From: Candidatus Bathyarchaeota archaeon
GTDB lineage: Archaea > Thermoproteota > Bathyarchaeia > TCS64
Length of the DNA: 64,000 nucleotides
Assembly: GCA_963769425.1 (NCBI GenBank)
Contig: CAVYLP010000006.1
Span: forward strand, 544,001 to 608,000
Direction: 5' to 3'
Of the stretch, positions 10,762-20,099 are shown one piece after another. Numbering within the stretch: the first letter of the stretch is position 1; each line of letters opens with the position of its first letter. The notes beneath the pieces are model-generated. The model was given only the letters and a program-made list of their open reading frames with translations. It ran no database searches and was not told the origin of the DNA. A program made the position numbers and the translations under genes.

Positions 10762-10867
10762 TTTTTCTTTTTTCACCTTGTTTATCGTCTCGGTAGAGGG
10801 TATGAGAGACTCAAACCTATCTACCACGACGATTGAGAAAACGAGACCACGATCCTACTTAAGCGTA

Positions 10868-10915
10868 TGTCTACAGCCACCAACCTTTGTATACAGGAAT
10901 GGGACAATGTATACA
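10868..10915. promoter_or_regulatory. Three TGT(A/C)TACA boxes at 20-bp spacing upstream of the surface-protein gene
   Basis: tgtctaca 10868, tgtataca 10888, tgtataca 10908. Confidence 0.6.
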
Positions 10916-11080
10916 ATAAAATGGATTGTCTCAAAAAAAGGGAACATGAAATATGTATGATAAGTAAGCTTTTTCAGAGAATTGATTAAAAAAAATTTCA
11001 CGCCAACTTCTTATAAGTCACAGGTGAAATTGACTGTAAATATTTAGTAAGTTAAAAATATCAAATAGTGAAAGATATTA

Positions 11081-11096
11081 AAGTCAAAAATGACTT
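11081..11096. promoter_or_regulatory. Palindrome AAGTCA-N4-TGACTT, putative operator
   Basis: Perfect 6-bp arms in the AT-rich intergenic region; related AGTCA-N10-TGACT at 11016. Confidence 0.4.
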
Positions 11097-11111
11097 AATA
11101 AATGTTAAAAA

Positions 11112-11699
11112 TCAAGATTTGTGTCTGATGTACTTTATAGTCGCCATTCCGCGGAGGCTGTCTTTTTCAACTTCAGCATACCCAAGGGATTCCATTAACC
11201 CGTGAACATAGCTGAGCAAGAGATTTGTAAATTCTTCCGACATCTCAAAGCCTGTGAACCTGAGCACGGCGTCGTCGCCATCTACAATCTCAACCTCGTC
11301 AAGGTTCCAACTTGCCAGTAGATCCCTTCGAATGAAGGGGATTATCTCATCTGCAGTGAGTTTACCCGATAAATAGCGTCCGTACCATCGACCTGCTTCC
11401 TCCCATAGTGCGGGAAGATCTTCAACGCGACCATTTCTCAGGTCAGCTACAAGTTGACCTAGACTACTTCTTGGAACCATCATAGCTCCTGCTCCTCTGT
11501 GTATTTCGCCCATCCTGTAGGCTTCCACCGCTTCCACAAGAGGTGCCCCAAGTGTCTCAGCTCGTAGAGCCTCCTCTAGAACTTCGGTTGCGTATCCGGT
11601 AAGGCTCGTCCCCTTCTTGTTGGAGACATCCCTCAATCTATCAACGAGTTCGCTTGGGAGCATCAGAAGCTTCGCGTCTTCTGGTTGTTTCTTGGTCAA
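11112..11699 (-). CDS. Putative regulator: N-terminal ribbon-helix-helix plus V4R-like C-terminal domain (paralog 1)
   Basis: KLLMLPSELVDRLRDVSNKKGTSLTGYATEVLEEAL (RHH pattern); WEEAGRWYGRY...LGY...RG; TTG start after GGAGTGA. Confidence 0.65.
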   Translation of the reverse strand: MTKKQPEDAKLLMLPSELVDRLRDVSNKKGTSLTGYATEVLEEALRAETLGAPLVEAVEAYRMGEIHRGAGAMMVPRSSLGQLVADLRNGRVEDLPALWEEAGRWYGRYLSGKLTADEIIPFIRRDLLASWNLDEVEIVDGDDAVLRFTGFEMSEEFTNLLLSYVHGLMESLGYAEVEKDSLRGMATIKYIRHKS

Positions 11700-11703
11700 C
11701 TCA

Positions 11704-12271
11704 TCACTCCTTAGCAAGCCGCAATTTTATGATACCTCGACTGGCCTCGTTCTCTAGCGTTTTATAACCGAGAACCTGGAAGGCTGCCTCGATGAATGTT
11801 GCAAAGACTTCAGTATAGCCCTTGGTGTAGTGCTCGTTAATGCAACTAACGATGAGTTCATCCCTTTTTCCAGCTCTCAGCTGTGAACTGGCTACCGTGA
11901 GTCATGAAGGAGAGGGCGTCGGTTAAGTCTTTGATTGGCTCTTTTCCTTTGCTCTTGAAGTATTTACCGTACCAGAAGCCCATGTCCCGCCATAGGTCTT
12001 TGATCTTTTCTTTATCCTTGGCATAGGCGGCGTCGACGACCTGATAGTAGAGGTGCTCGACGGTGAAGGTGAGGCCCATCTCGCGGGCGCGCTCCATGTC
12101 GCTCCGGCGATCAATCGCCTCCTTCAGGTTTGTACCCTGCTCCTCAGCGCGGAGCGCTTGCTCAAGAATATCGTTGACTGTCTGGTAGACCGTGAGGCCA
12201 CGCTTCTCCGCTAGCTGGGCAACCCTGTTCGCTAGGTCATCATCCGCAGCCAGCATCTTTCGCTTAGACAA
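11704..12271 (-). CDS. Putative RHH regulator (paralog 2), frameshift at ~11875
   Basis: KMLAADDDLANRVAQLAEKRGLTVYQTVNDILEQAL; WRDMGFWYGKY; alternate frame continues ...FIEAAFQVLGYKTLENEASRGIIKLRLAKE*, matching the paralog 1 C-terminus. Confidence 0.65.
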
Positions 12272-12387
12272 GCTACGCCTCCCGGTCCGAAGTTTCCATT
12301 TGGACTAATACTCCTACGGGTCTAAAACCTTTACCAATTACCCTTTTTCTAGGTTATATGGACTGGGTCAAAGAATTTAAAGAGAGG

Positions 12388-12409
12388 GTTTAGAACGGCT
12401 GTTCTAAAC
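12388..12409. terminator. Perfect 9-bp inverted repeat: carS terminator or operator of the RHH genes
   Basis: gtttagaac-ggct-gttctaaac, followed by a pyrimidine-rich tract on the minus strand. Confidence 0.45.
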
Positions 12410-12435
12410 TTCGAACGGTTACGAACTCTATGGTT

Positions 12436-12924
12436 CTACCAGGGTTCTTTCTTCCAATTTAGGCCCCAGGCGAATAGGTTTGAAACGTAGTGAACGGGAA
12501 TCGTCGTTAATATCATCGCCACGTCTTGCTGCCACATTGGTCTTGGCTCTACGATGCTCCCGAGGAGGATGGCTACGATGATAAAGCCCACTTGATCCCA
12601 CAGAGGGAGAGATTTACCGGGCTCAAGGCCTAAGCGCCGCTTTATGAAGGCAAATAGCAGGTCGCCACCTATCGCACCGACAGCGAAGAGAGTTCCCTGG
12701 AGAACGTTTCCCTGAGCGACGGCGAAGAGAGCCCCGACGACAACACCCGCAAGTGTACCGTAGTTGGTCTTGTGGTCACCGAGGATTCGCCTCCCGTCTC
12801 TCCAGTTCCGGCCTCCGTCAAGTGGGCCACCACCGTGTAAAAGGACCGGGGCAGCGTTGGCAAAGTAAGCGGGTAGGAAGAGCCAGATCGTACCCAGGAA
12901 CCAGTTAATCTCCTCGGTCACCAA
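12436..12924 (-). CDS. carS: CDP-archaeol synthase
   Basis: LPAYFANAAPV..GGGPLDGG...DGRRILGDHKT...GDL..AFIKRRLG...PLWDQ...KKEPW. Confidence 0.92.
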   Translation of the reverse strand: MVTEEINWFLGTIWLFLPAYFANAAPVLLHGGGPLDGGRNWRDGRRILGDHKTNYGTLAGVVVGALFAVAQGNVLQGTLFAVGAIGGDLLFAFIKRRLGLEPGKSLPLWDQVGFIIVAILLGSIVEPRPMWQQDVAMILTTIPVHYVSNLFAWGLNWKKEPW

Positions 12925-13610
12925 CGCTGCTCATCACCTAGCCCAGTCTGCGTTATCGTGAATCTGGTCGCGCCTCTGAGGCCTTCCGGCTTTTCGACGG
13001 TGGCCTGTTTCACTCCCTGCGTCGCTGTGTTATCGATCCTTATGACTGTGTCGCTCCAGTACCGGAGGAGGCGCTGTGCGACGGGCTCGACGGCTGGAAC
13101 GGGGGAGTCGAGGACGCTCCTAACCTGGCCGGTGAGGAGAACTGCAACGCTCATGGTGAGCGCGGTCTCTTTCAGGGAGCCAAGCTGCCTGTTCAGCTCC
13201 TTGTTCTCCGAGAAGGTCTTCTGGGCGTTCCCCGTCTCGACCCTATATAGACCCGTTACGGAGTCGACGCAGGCCAAGTCACCACCAGTTAGCTGATCTG
13301 CTAAGTTATCGATTGCGTCTGCCTGTTCCTCGAAGGTCGACGGTCGGATGTAAATTAGTCTCTGGAGGAATGCAGGATCACCAGTCATCTGGGTGAGGCG
13401 GGTAGGGGCAAACTTTGCATCCGAGTCGATGTAGACTAGTTTAGCGGCGTGGTCCAAGCGGAGGAGGTTAGCCGCGGCGCTTAGAGCCAGTGTGGTCTTC
13501 CCTGAGGCGGGCTCACCGTAGACGAGGGTAACACTGCCCCTAGACAGCCCTCCCGACAGCAGGGCATCTAAGCTCCCCGAGCCTGTGGGTACCCTTCGTC
13601 CAGCCTCCAT
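12918..13610 (-). CDS. radB: RadB-like RecA-family recombination protein
   Basis: PTGSGSLDALLSGG, YGEPASGKT, YIDSD, VDSVTGLYR; lacks the RadA N-terminal domain. Confidence 0.8.
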   Translation of the reverse strand: MEAGRRVPTGSGSLDALLSGGLSRGSVTLVYGEPASGKTTLALSAAANLLRLDHAAKLVYIDSDAKFAPTRLTQMTGDPAFLQRLIYIRPSTFEEQADAIDNLADQLTGGDLACVDSVTGLYRVETGNAQKTFSENKELNRQLGSLKETALTMSVAVLLTGQVRSVLDSPVPAVEPVAQRLLRYWSDTVIRIDNTATQGVKQATVEKPEGLRGATRFTITQTGLGDEQRW

Positions 13611-13627
13611 CAGTTAAGGTCACCTAG

Positions 13628-14614
13628 TTATTTAGCCGGCGTATCACAGACGCGCCAAGAACAGCCTCTCCCTGCTCCCTTGAGCAAATCCTCGACTTCT
13701 CGGGATTTGACAGCGGTCGTTGCTCCTGGTGCGGTGACGCATGACGCTCCCGCTGCCTGCCCTTCGAGCAGGGCACGCATGAATTCGTCCCCTGAGGCCG
13801 CCGAGGGGTCCCTAGTCTTCATTAGACTGTGAATGAGTCCCGCGCACAGAGCGTCCCCGGCCCCAGTCGTGTCGACCTCATCGACCCTGAAGCCCGGCAT
13901 GGCGATCTCATCCTCGCCCCGCAAGGCGACGAGGCCTGAGGGCCCCGTCGTGAGGATTATCGTATTTGCCCCCAGTCTGCGTAGCTTCCTCGCCGCAGAT
14001 AGGGGATCAACGAGCCCTGTGACTCGCCGCGCCTCATCCTCGTTGAGGTGAAGGATGTCGATGCCCCTGAGGGCCCTCGTGAGGTGGCTCCAGTCGGGCT
14101 CAGTGGGGGGGATAACATCCACTACTGCGACTGTCCCCGATGCATGTGCGGCAGCGAGGAGCTCCTCAAGATCCGCGTCTATGTACCTCAGGCCTCCAAT
14201 CGTGCCTAAGAAGAGGATGCGTGGCGCCTCTGTAAGAATACACTTGACATGCTCTGGTGTGAGTAGGGTGTTGGCAGCTAATTCGGCGATGAACCGCCTA
14301 TCCTCCCCCTCCACAGTAAGCGCTATGTTCTTCGCAGTTGGGGTTGATTTGAGCACCTGAGGTCGAGCGTCGACCCCTGCTTCCTCTAAGGTCTCGCGAA
14401 TATACCTCCCTAGGATGTCGTCCCCGACGCAGCCAGCGGCTGCGACTCCTCTTTGTCCTAGCTGAGCTAGGTCGACGCTGACATTTGCGGCATGACCGCC
14501 TATGTTTAGGGTAATTCCCTTTGGGGCGTAGATTAGGCCACCCGGGGGAGTAATTGCGGGTAGATGGGGGGCCACTATATCGATCATGAAGCTACCGGCG
14601 CAGAGGACATCCAC
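13628..14614 (-). CDS. PfkB family carbohydrate kinase
   Basis: GGHAANVS, VGDDILG, NEDE, VDTTGAGDA. Confidence 0.92.
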   Translation of the reverse strand: MDVLCAGSFMIDIVAPHLPAITPPGGLIYAPKGITLNIGGHAANVSVDLAQLGQRGVAAAGCVGDDILGRYIRETLEEAGVDARPQVLKSTPTAKNIALTVEGEDRRFIAELAANTLLTPEHVKCILTEAPRILFLGTIGGLRYIDADLEELLAAAHASGTVAVVDVIPPTEPDWSHLTRALRGIDILHLNEDEARRVTGLVDPLSAARKLRRLGANTIILTTGPSGLVALRGEDEIAMPGFRVDEVDTTGAGDALCAGLIHSLMKTRDPSAASGDEFMRALLEGQAAGASCVTAPGATTAVKSREVEDLLKGAGRGCSWRVCDTPAK

Positions 14615-14761
14615 GAGAGGTCGCGTTTGATTCGTACCGTGGATGTTTAATTGTTGTGGGGAGGGTATACGTATTCAACTTCGTAGGTTTTTCATGATGG
14701 TATGTATCATCTCAAGGCCCTGGAAAAGAAGTTGATGTTTGAAGGCTCGGGGGAGAGTGTT

Positions 14762-14980
14762 TTAGGATACGGTTATGGCTGAGACGGGACAGGAGTCTGA
14801 CGCGCGCTGAGCATCGGTCTTTGCGTCGTCGTTGAAGGTGCCAACGGATTTGCCGTTGCTCTTTCCGCCGATGACTTTGGATTTGCCCTCCGAGTCTCCT
14901 TCGTAGTGGGCTGGATCTGTTCCGTAGCATACGCCGCAGGCTATGCAGTTCTCCCTGTCGACCTCGATCTTGTAGGACAT
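14762..14980 (-). CDS. Single-cluster ferredoxin
   Basis: CIACGVC...CPVSAI. Confidence 0.9.
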   Translation of the reverse strand: MSYKIEVDRENCIACGVCYGTDPAHYEGDSEGKSKVIGGKSNGKSVGTFNDDAKTDAQRASDSCPVSAITVS

Positions 14981-15080
14981 GGAGTTTTTCACTCGGAGTC
15001 GGGTTAGGAACGTTAATATTTAAAGGTTGAATGTCACGTTTCTGGGTTTTTATAATTAGTTGGTTTGGGTTTGTCGACTA

Positions 15081-18000
15081 TTATTGTGTCTCCCTGGGTA
15101 GGGTGACAGTGAAGGTTGTTCCCTTCCCATATGTGGTAGTGAAGGTTAATTTGCCACCATGGGCTTCGACAGCCCTTTTACTGAAGGCTAGGCCGAGTCC
15201 GAGTCCCTTCGCTTTGGTGGTGTAGAAGGTGTCGAATATCCTAGAGACAGCTTCCGGAGGGATTCCGGTGCCTGTGTCACTGAAGTCGATACGGATATCT
15301 CCGTTGTTGAGGGTGGCTGACATGGTGAGCTCGCCACCTCCGGGCATAGCTTCGTAGGCGTTCCTCGTGAGGTTCTCAAACACTCTGTGTATTAGTTCCG
15401 AGTCTATCTTGGCATTCCCCGTTTCCTCAGGGAGAGTCACCTTGAGCTTCACTCCCTGGGGGGGTGGGTTTTCATCGGCAACCTTCCTGATGAGGGAGGT
15501 GATTTCGGTCTCCTCAGGCCTGAGAACAATCTCTCGTGTCCCGGATCGGAGCTCCTCTATCAAATTGAGGGAGCGGTTGACGCTGTCCCGGATGAGGCCG
15601 AGCATCTTTGTTGTCCTGTCAGGGTAGATTAGAGCCATCTCTGCAGCTTGTGAGGCGGAGCTGAGGGGATTCCTGAGATCGTGTGCGATCATAGCCGTGA
15701 GCTTGCTCATGGCCTCCATCCTCTCCGCGTGTAGGAGCTTATCCTGCAGTCGGTTCTTCTCGGTGACGTCTCTGGCGGCAGCGAAGATGCCCGCCACATC
15801 CCCGGCTGGGTCCCTGTAGACCGTTGCATTGTATAGGACCTCAGTCACCTTCCCCGAGGTGTGACGTATTGCGAGGGGGTAGTCCCGTACGTAGCCCTCG
15901 GCGAATACTCTTCTTACGACCTTCCCTAGCCTTCTCAGGCTCTGTGAAGTAGTCGGCGAACTCGCTGCCTATCAGCTTCTCTCTGGGTACCCCGGTTGCC
16001 TGTATAGTTGCCTCGTTAACGTCCGTTATCTTGCCATCTGCGTTGATGGTGACAAGGGGGTCAAGGCTCGCCTCGATGAGGCTCCTCGAGTAATGGGATG
16101 CCGCCTGCAGTCTCTCCTCGACCTCTTTCCTACGGGTAACATCCCTCGCCGCGGCGAAGATACCCTTGACCTCCCCCGCCTCATCCCTGTAGACTGTGGC
16201 GTTGTAGAGGACATCAGTAACCTTTCCAGAGGAGTGGCGGATAGCTAAGGGATAATCTCTTACCTGCCCCTCTTCAAAGACCCTACGATAGCCGATGCGG
16301 GCTTTCTCCGGCTCGGTAAAGTAGTCGCTGAAGTCGCTTCCTATTAAGTGGGTGCGATCCATACCTGTAACGAGTTCTGTCGCCGCGTTGACATCGGTGA
16401 TCCTCCCCGCGGGGTTAATGGTTACAAGGGGGTCGAGACTCGCCTCGATTAGGCTCCTTGTATATAGAGAGGCAGCTATTAGCTCCGCCTCAGCCCGCTT
16501 GAGAGATGTAACGTCCCTAGCCGCAGCGAAGATGCCAGCTATCTGTCCATCGGGTTTCCTATAGACCGTGGCATTATACAGTACATCTGTTGCTTTGCCG
16601 GAGGTGTGACGGATTGCCAATGGATAGTCCGTCACCTGTCCCTTCTCGAAGACCCTACGGTAACCGATACGAGCCTTCTCTGGATCTGTAAAATAATCGC
16701 TGAAGTCGCTGCCAATCAGTTTCCTGCGGGTCACCCCAGTAACCTGTACAGTGGCCTCGTTGACGTCAGTGATTTTACCCTCGACGCTTATGGTGACTAA
16801 TGGATCTTGGCTCGCCTCTATGAGGCTTCGGGTGTAGAGGGATGCGGCCCTTAGATTGGCTTCCGCTTTGTTTAGAGAGGTTACGTCCCTCGCCGCGGCG
16901 AAAATGCCGATTATCTCGCCGAGGGGGTTCCGATAGACAGCTGCGTTGTAGAGGACATCCGTAACTTTGCCCGAGGTGTGACGGATCGCAAGCGGGTAAT
17001 CCGTCACCTGCCCCTTATCGAAGACCCTACGGTAACCGATGCGGGCCTTTTCGGGCTCAGTGAAGTAGTCACTGAAGTCGCTACCTATTAGGCGTTCGCG
17101 CTCGACGCCAGTTACTAGTTCAGTAGCTAGGTTAACGTCTGTAATCTTGCCAACTGCACTAATTGTAACTAGGGGATCAAGACTTGCCTCGAGTAGACTC
17201 CGATTGTAGAGGGACGCGGTTTCAAGCCTGTCCTTCGCAATGGTGATCTCTCTGGTCCTCTCGGCGACTGTGCTTTCAAGGGTGGCGTTATATTTCTGGA
17301 GATCCTCCTCTGAAGACTTTAGCTCCTCGTTTGTGGCGTCTAATCTCTGGTTGAGTTGCTGGAGCTGCTCGTTGCTGACCCTGAGTTCCTCCTCGATGGC
17401 CTGGAGCTCCTCGTTCTTACTCTGCAGCTCCTCATTGGATGCCCTGAGCTCCTCCTCGGCTGCACCGAGATTCTCGTTTGTCGCCCGTAGCTCCTCGTTA
17501 GAGGTTCTGAGCTCCTCCTCAAGTTTCTTCTGCGCCGTTATGTCCTCTATAATCGATATCCTGTAGGGGCGGGAGGTCTTAGCAATCGATGATGTGACCC
17601 GCACCCAGACCCGCTCTCCCGTCTTGCGGATGTAGCGCTTATCGATCGTGTAGCTACGCACCGTATCGTCAAGTAGGTCGCTGAGGAGCAGCTGTTCCCG
17701 CTTCAGATCCTCGGCATCGGTTAAGTCGCTGAACCTGAGCTTACGGATCTCCTCGTGGGAGTAGCCGAGGATCTGGCTTAGGGTATCGTTGCCCCTCAGG
17801 AATCGCCCATCGAGGTCAAGCATTTCGATCCCGACGGCGGCCTGCTCGTAGGTCGCCCTGAACCTCTCTTCACTCTCGCTGAGTGTATCGTTGATGGACG
17901 TAAGCTCCTCGTTGGTTGTTCGAAGCTCCTCCTCCGTGGAGGCTAGTTCCTCGTTTGAGGCGGAGAGCTCCTCGTTAGATGCCCTGAGCTCCTCCTCGGC

Positions 18001-19983
18001 CGCGGTTAGGTTCTCATTTGTGACCCGAAGCTCCTCGTTGATGGCCTGAGTTTCCTCGGTGAATTTCTGTAGCTCTTCGTGGTTTACCTGTAGTTCGAGG
18101 TGGGCCTTCTCTAGCTCGCCCTCCTTCTCCTTGAGCTTGGTGATGTCCTCGATGCAGACAAGGACCTTGGCCTCCCCCGAGATGGTGACTGGGACCGTGG
18201 AGACGAGCACGTTGATGGTCTTCCCTCCCCCGTCGTTTATGAGGTGAAGCTCGGCCTCGGCCTGGCGTATCTCCCTCCCCCCCTTCAGCGTCGCGTTGAC
18301 GGAGCCGCGTACCATGCACGTCTTGCAGGAGGGGCCGTAGCCGCAGCCGTCGGGGTCGTCGAGGGAGTGGAGGCAACGTATGGCCTCCCCTGCCCTCAGG
18401 CCGATGAGCTGCTCCGCCCCTCTGCCTGTGAACGACTCGACGGAAGGGTTGACCTGGGTCACAACCACGTCGGAGTCGACAACGAACATTGGGATGGGTG
18501 AGCCGGTGAGGATGGCGGTTAGCTGGCGCTCCCTCTCCCGCAGTTCCTCCTCGGCCCTCTTCCGCTCGGTTACGTCTTCGAAGACTATGACGAAATATCC
18601 CCTCTCCGGTGAGTAGGCGTGGGCGGAGATCCGCCTCCTCTGTCCCACGAGGTTCTCCATCGTCGCGGGTTGGCCGGTGAGTGCGACGGCACCGAGGGCG
18701 TCGATCCAGTACTCCTCGATCCCGGGGATGAGCTCCTTTATGGTCTTCCCCTCGACCTCCCCCGGAGGTATCTCCACGAGCCTCTCGTAGGCCGGGTTCA
18801 CGTCGATGTGTAGGAAGTCCACGGGCTTGCCCTGGTCGTCGAGGATGATCTTGCAGAGGGCGAAGCCCTCAGTCATTGAGTTGAATAGGGCGTGGAAGCG
18901 GTCCTCGCTGGACCGGAGGGCCACCTCGAATCGCCTGCTGTCGCTGCTCTCGATTTTCTCCCACTTCCCGAGGCGTTTGAGGAGGGCGAACTGGTGGTTC
19001 TTTATGACGTCAATGATCTCCTCGGTGCCGCACTTCTCCAGGGAGTAGGTGCAGAGGGCTATCATCCTGTGGTCGCCGATGGCGTCCTCCACCATCCTCT
19101 CGTAGTCGGTGAAGGCGTCCCACCGCTCTGGTTCGAGCCAGAAGGTGTTCCCGGTGAGCCTCAGCCCCTTGTAGCCCCTTTTGATGGCGGAGTTCATCCT
19201 CTCAACCCAGCTGTTGAGGACATTCTGGGCGTCGAATGCTCCCCCCTTCAAGTACCAGTCCCTGTAGGATAGGATCTCGATCTGTCCTTGCTCCTTGTAC
19301 TGCTTGAAGTCGGGGACGGCTCTCTCCATGGCGGCCTCAGCATCCTCCTTCTCCAAGGGGTCGGCGGTGACCCACATACAGTACTCGCCGCCTCTAAGGC
19401 CTTCAACAAAGTATGGGACGAGGGTGTCGACTAGGTCCTGCTTTGTCCTGTAGAAGAGGCAGAAGTGGGTGCCCCATGGCACGTCACCGACGGGTTCGAG
19501 TCCGCTCCGCCGCAGATCCTGCGGGGGGCTCGTAGCCTGCCCCGGATTGATTGACTCCCTCAGGGCCTCCTCGACGCGTCTTCTCTCGACGAGGTGGCGT
19601 ATCCGCCTAGCGAGAACGAGGAAGTGGGCTGCCGCCTTCTCCTTCCTCAGGTAGTCGTCGGCGCCGGCCTTAAAGGCGGCCTCCGCCACCTCCTCGCTCC
19701 CCTTCCCGGTGTAGATTATGAAAGGGGTCTGGCTGTGGGTTTTCACCTCACGGCAGAACTGGATGCCGTCCATCCCGGGCATGCTGAAGTCTGAGACGAC
19801 GCAGTCGATATGTTGTGATTGGAGGATCTTGAGCGCCTCGGCGGCGCTTGGGGTTAGGAGTATCTCAAGAATCGGGTCGGCGTCCTCAAGGGACAGCTTC
19901 GTGAGCTCGATCTGGAACTCCTCGTCGTCGACGACGAGGACGCGGATTGAGCCTGTTGTAGGGAGTTTCTGTTTTTCCCGCAT
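15081..19983 (-). CDS. Hybrid sensor histidine kinase REC-MEDS-PAS-coiled coil-4xPAS-HisKA-HATPase; +1 frameshift at ~15918
   Basis: VVDDE..SDFSMPGMDG (REC); GTHFCLFY (MEDS); NEELRASNEEL repeats; AHDLRNPL; N-box, DTGTGI, GLGL. Confidence 0.9.
15762..17208 (-). repeat. Four tandem PAS-domain repeats, 372-bp period
   Basis: Y.RSL.EAS.DPLVTI...DYFT.PEKAR.G...AAARDVT starting at 17208, 16836, 16464 and 16092. Confidence 0.92.
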
Positions 19984-20025
19984 GTTACTCGCCCGGGGGG
20001 TATGAGGAGAGGAAGTTGCACTATG

Positions 20026-20041
20026 GTTTAACCTTAATCAT
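20026..20041 (-). promoter_or_regulatory. Conserved promoter element of kinase 1
   Basis: ATGATTAAGGTTAAAC (minus strand), identical to 23592-23607 at the same offset from the ATG. Confidence 0.7.
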
Positions 20042-20099
20042 TGCTTTATCGTGTCCCTTTGAAACGGGGGTCTCGATGGGTTCGTCGACTCCTGAACTA

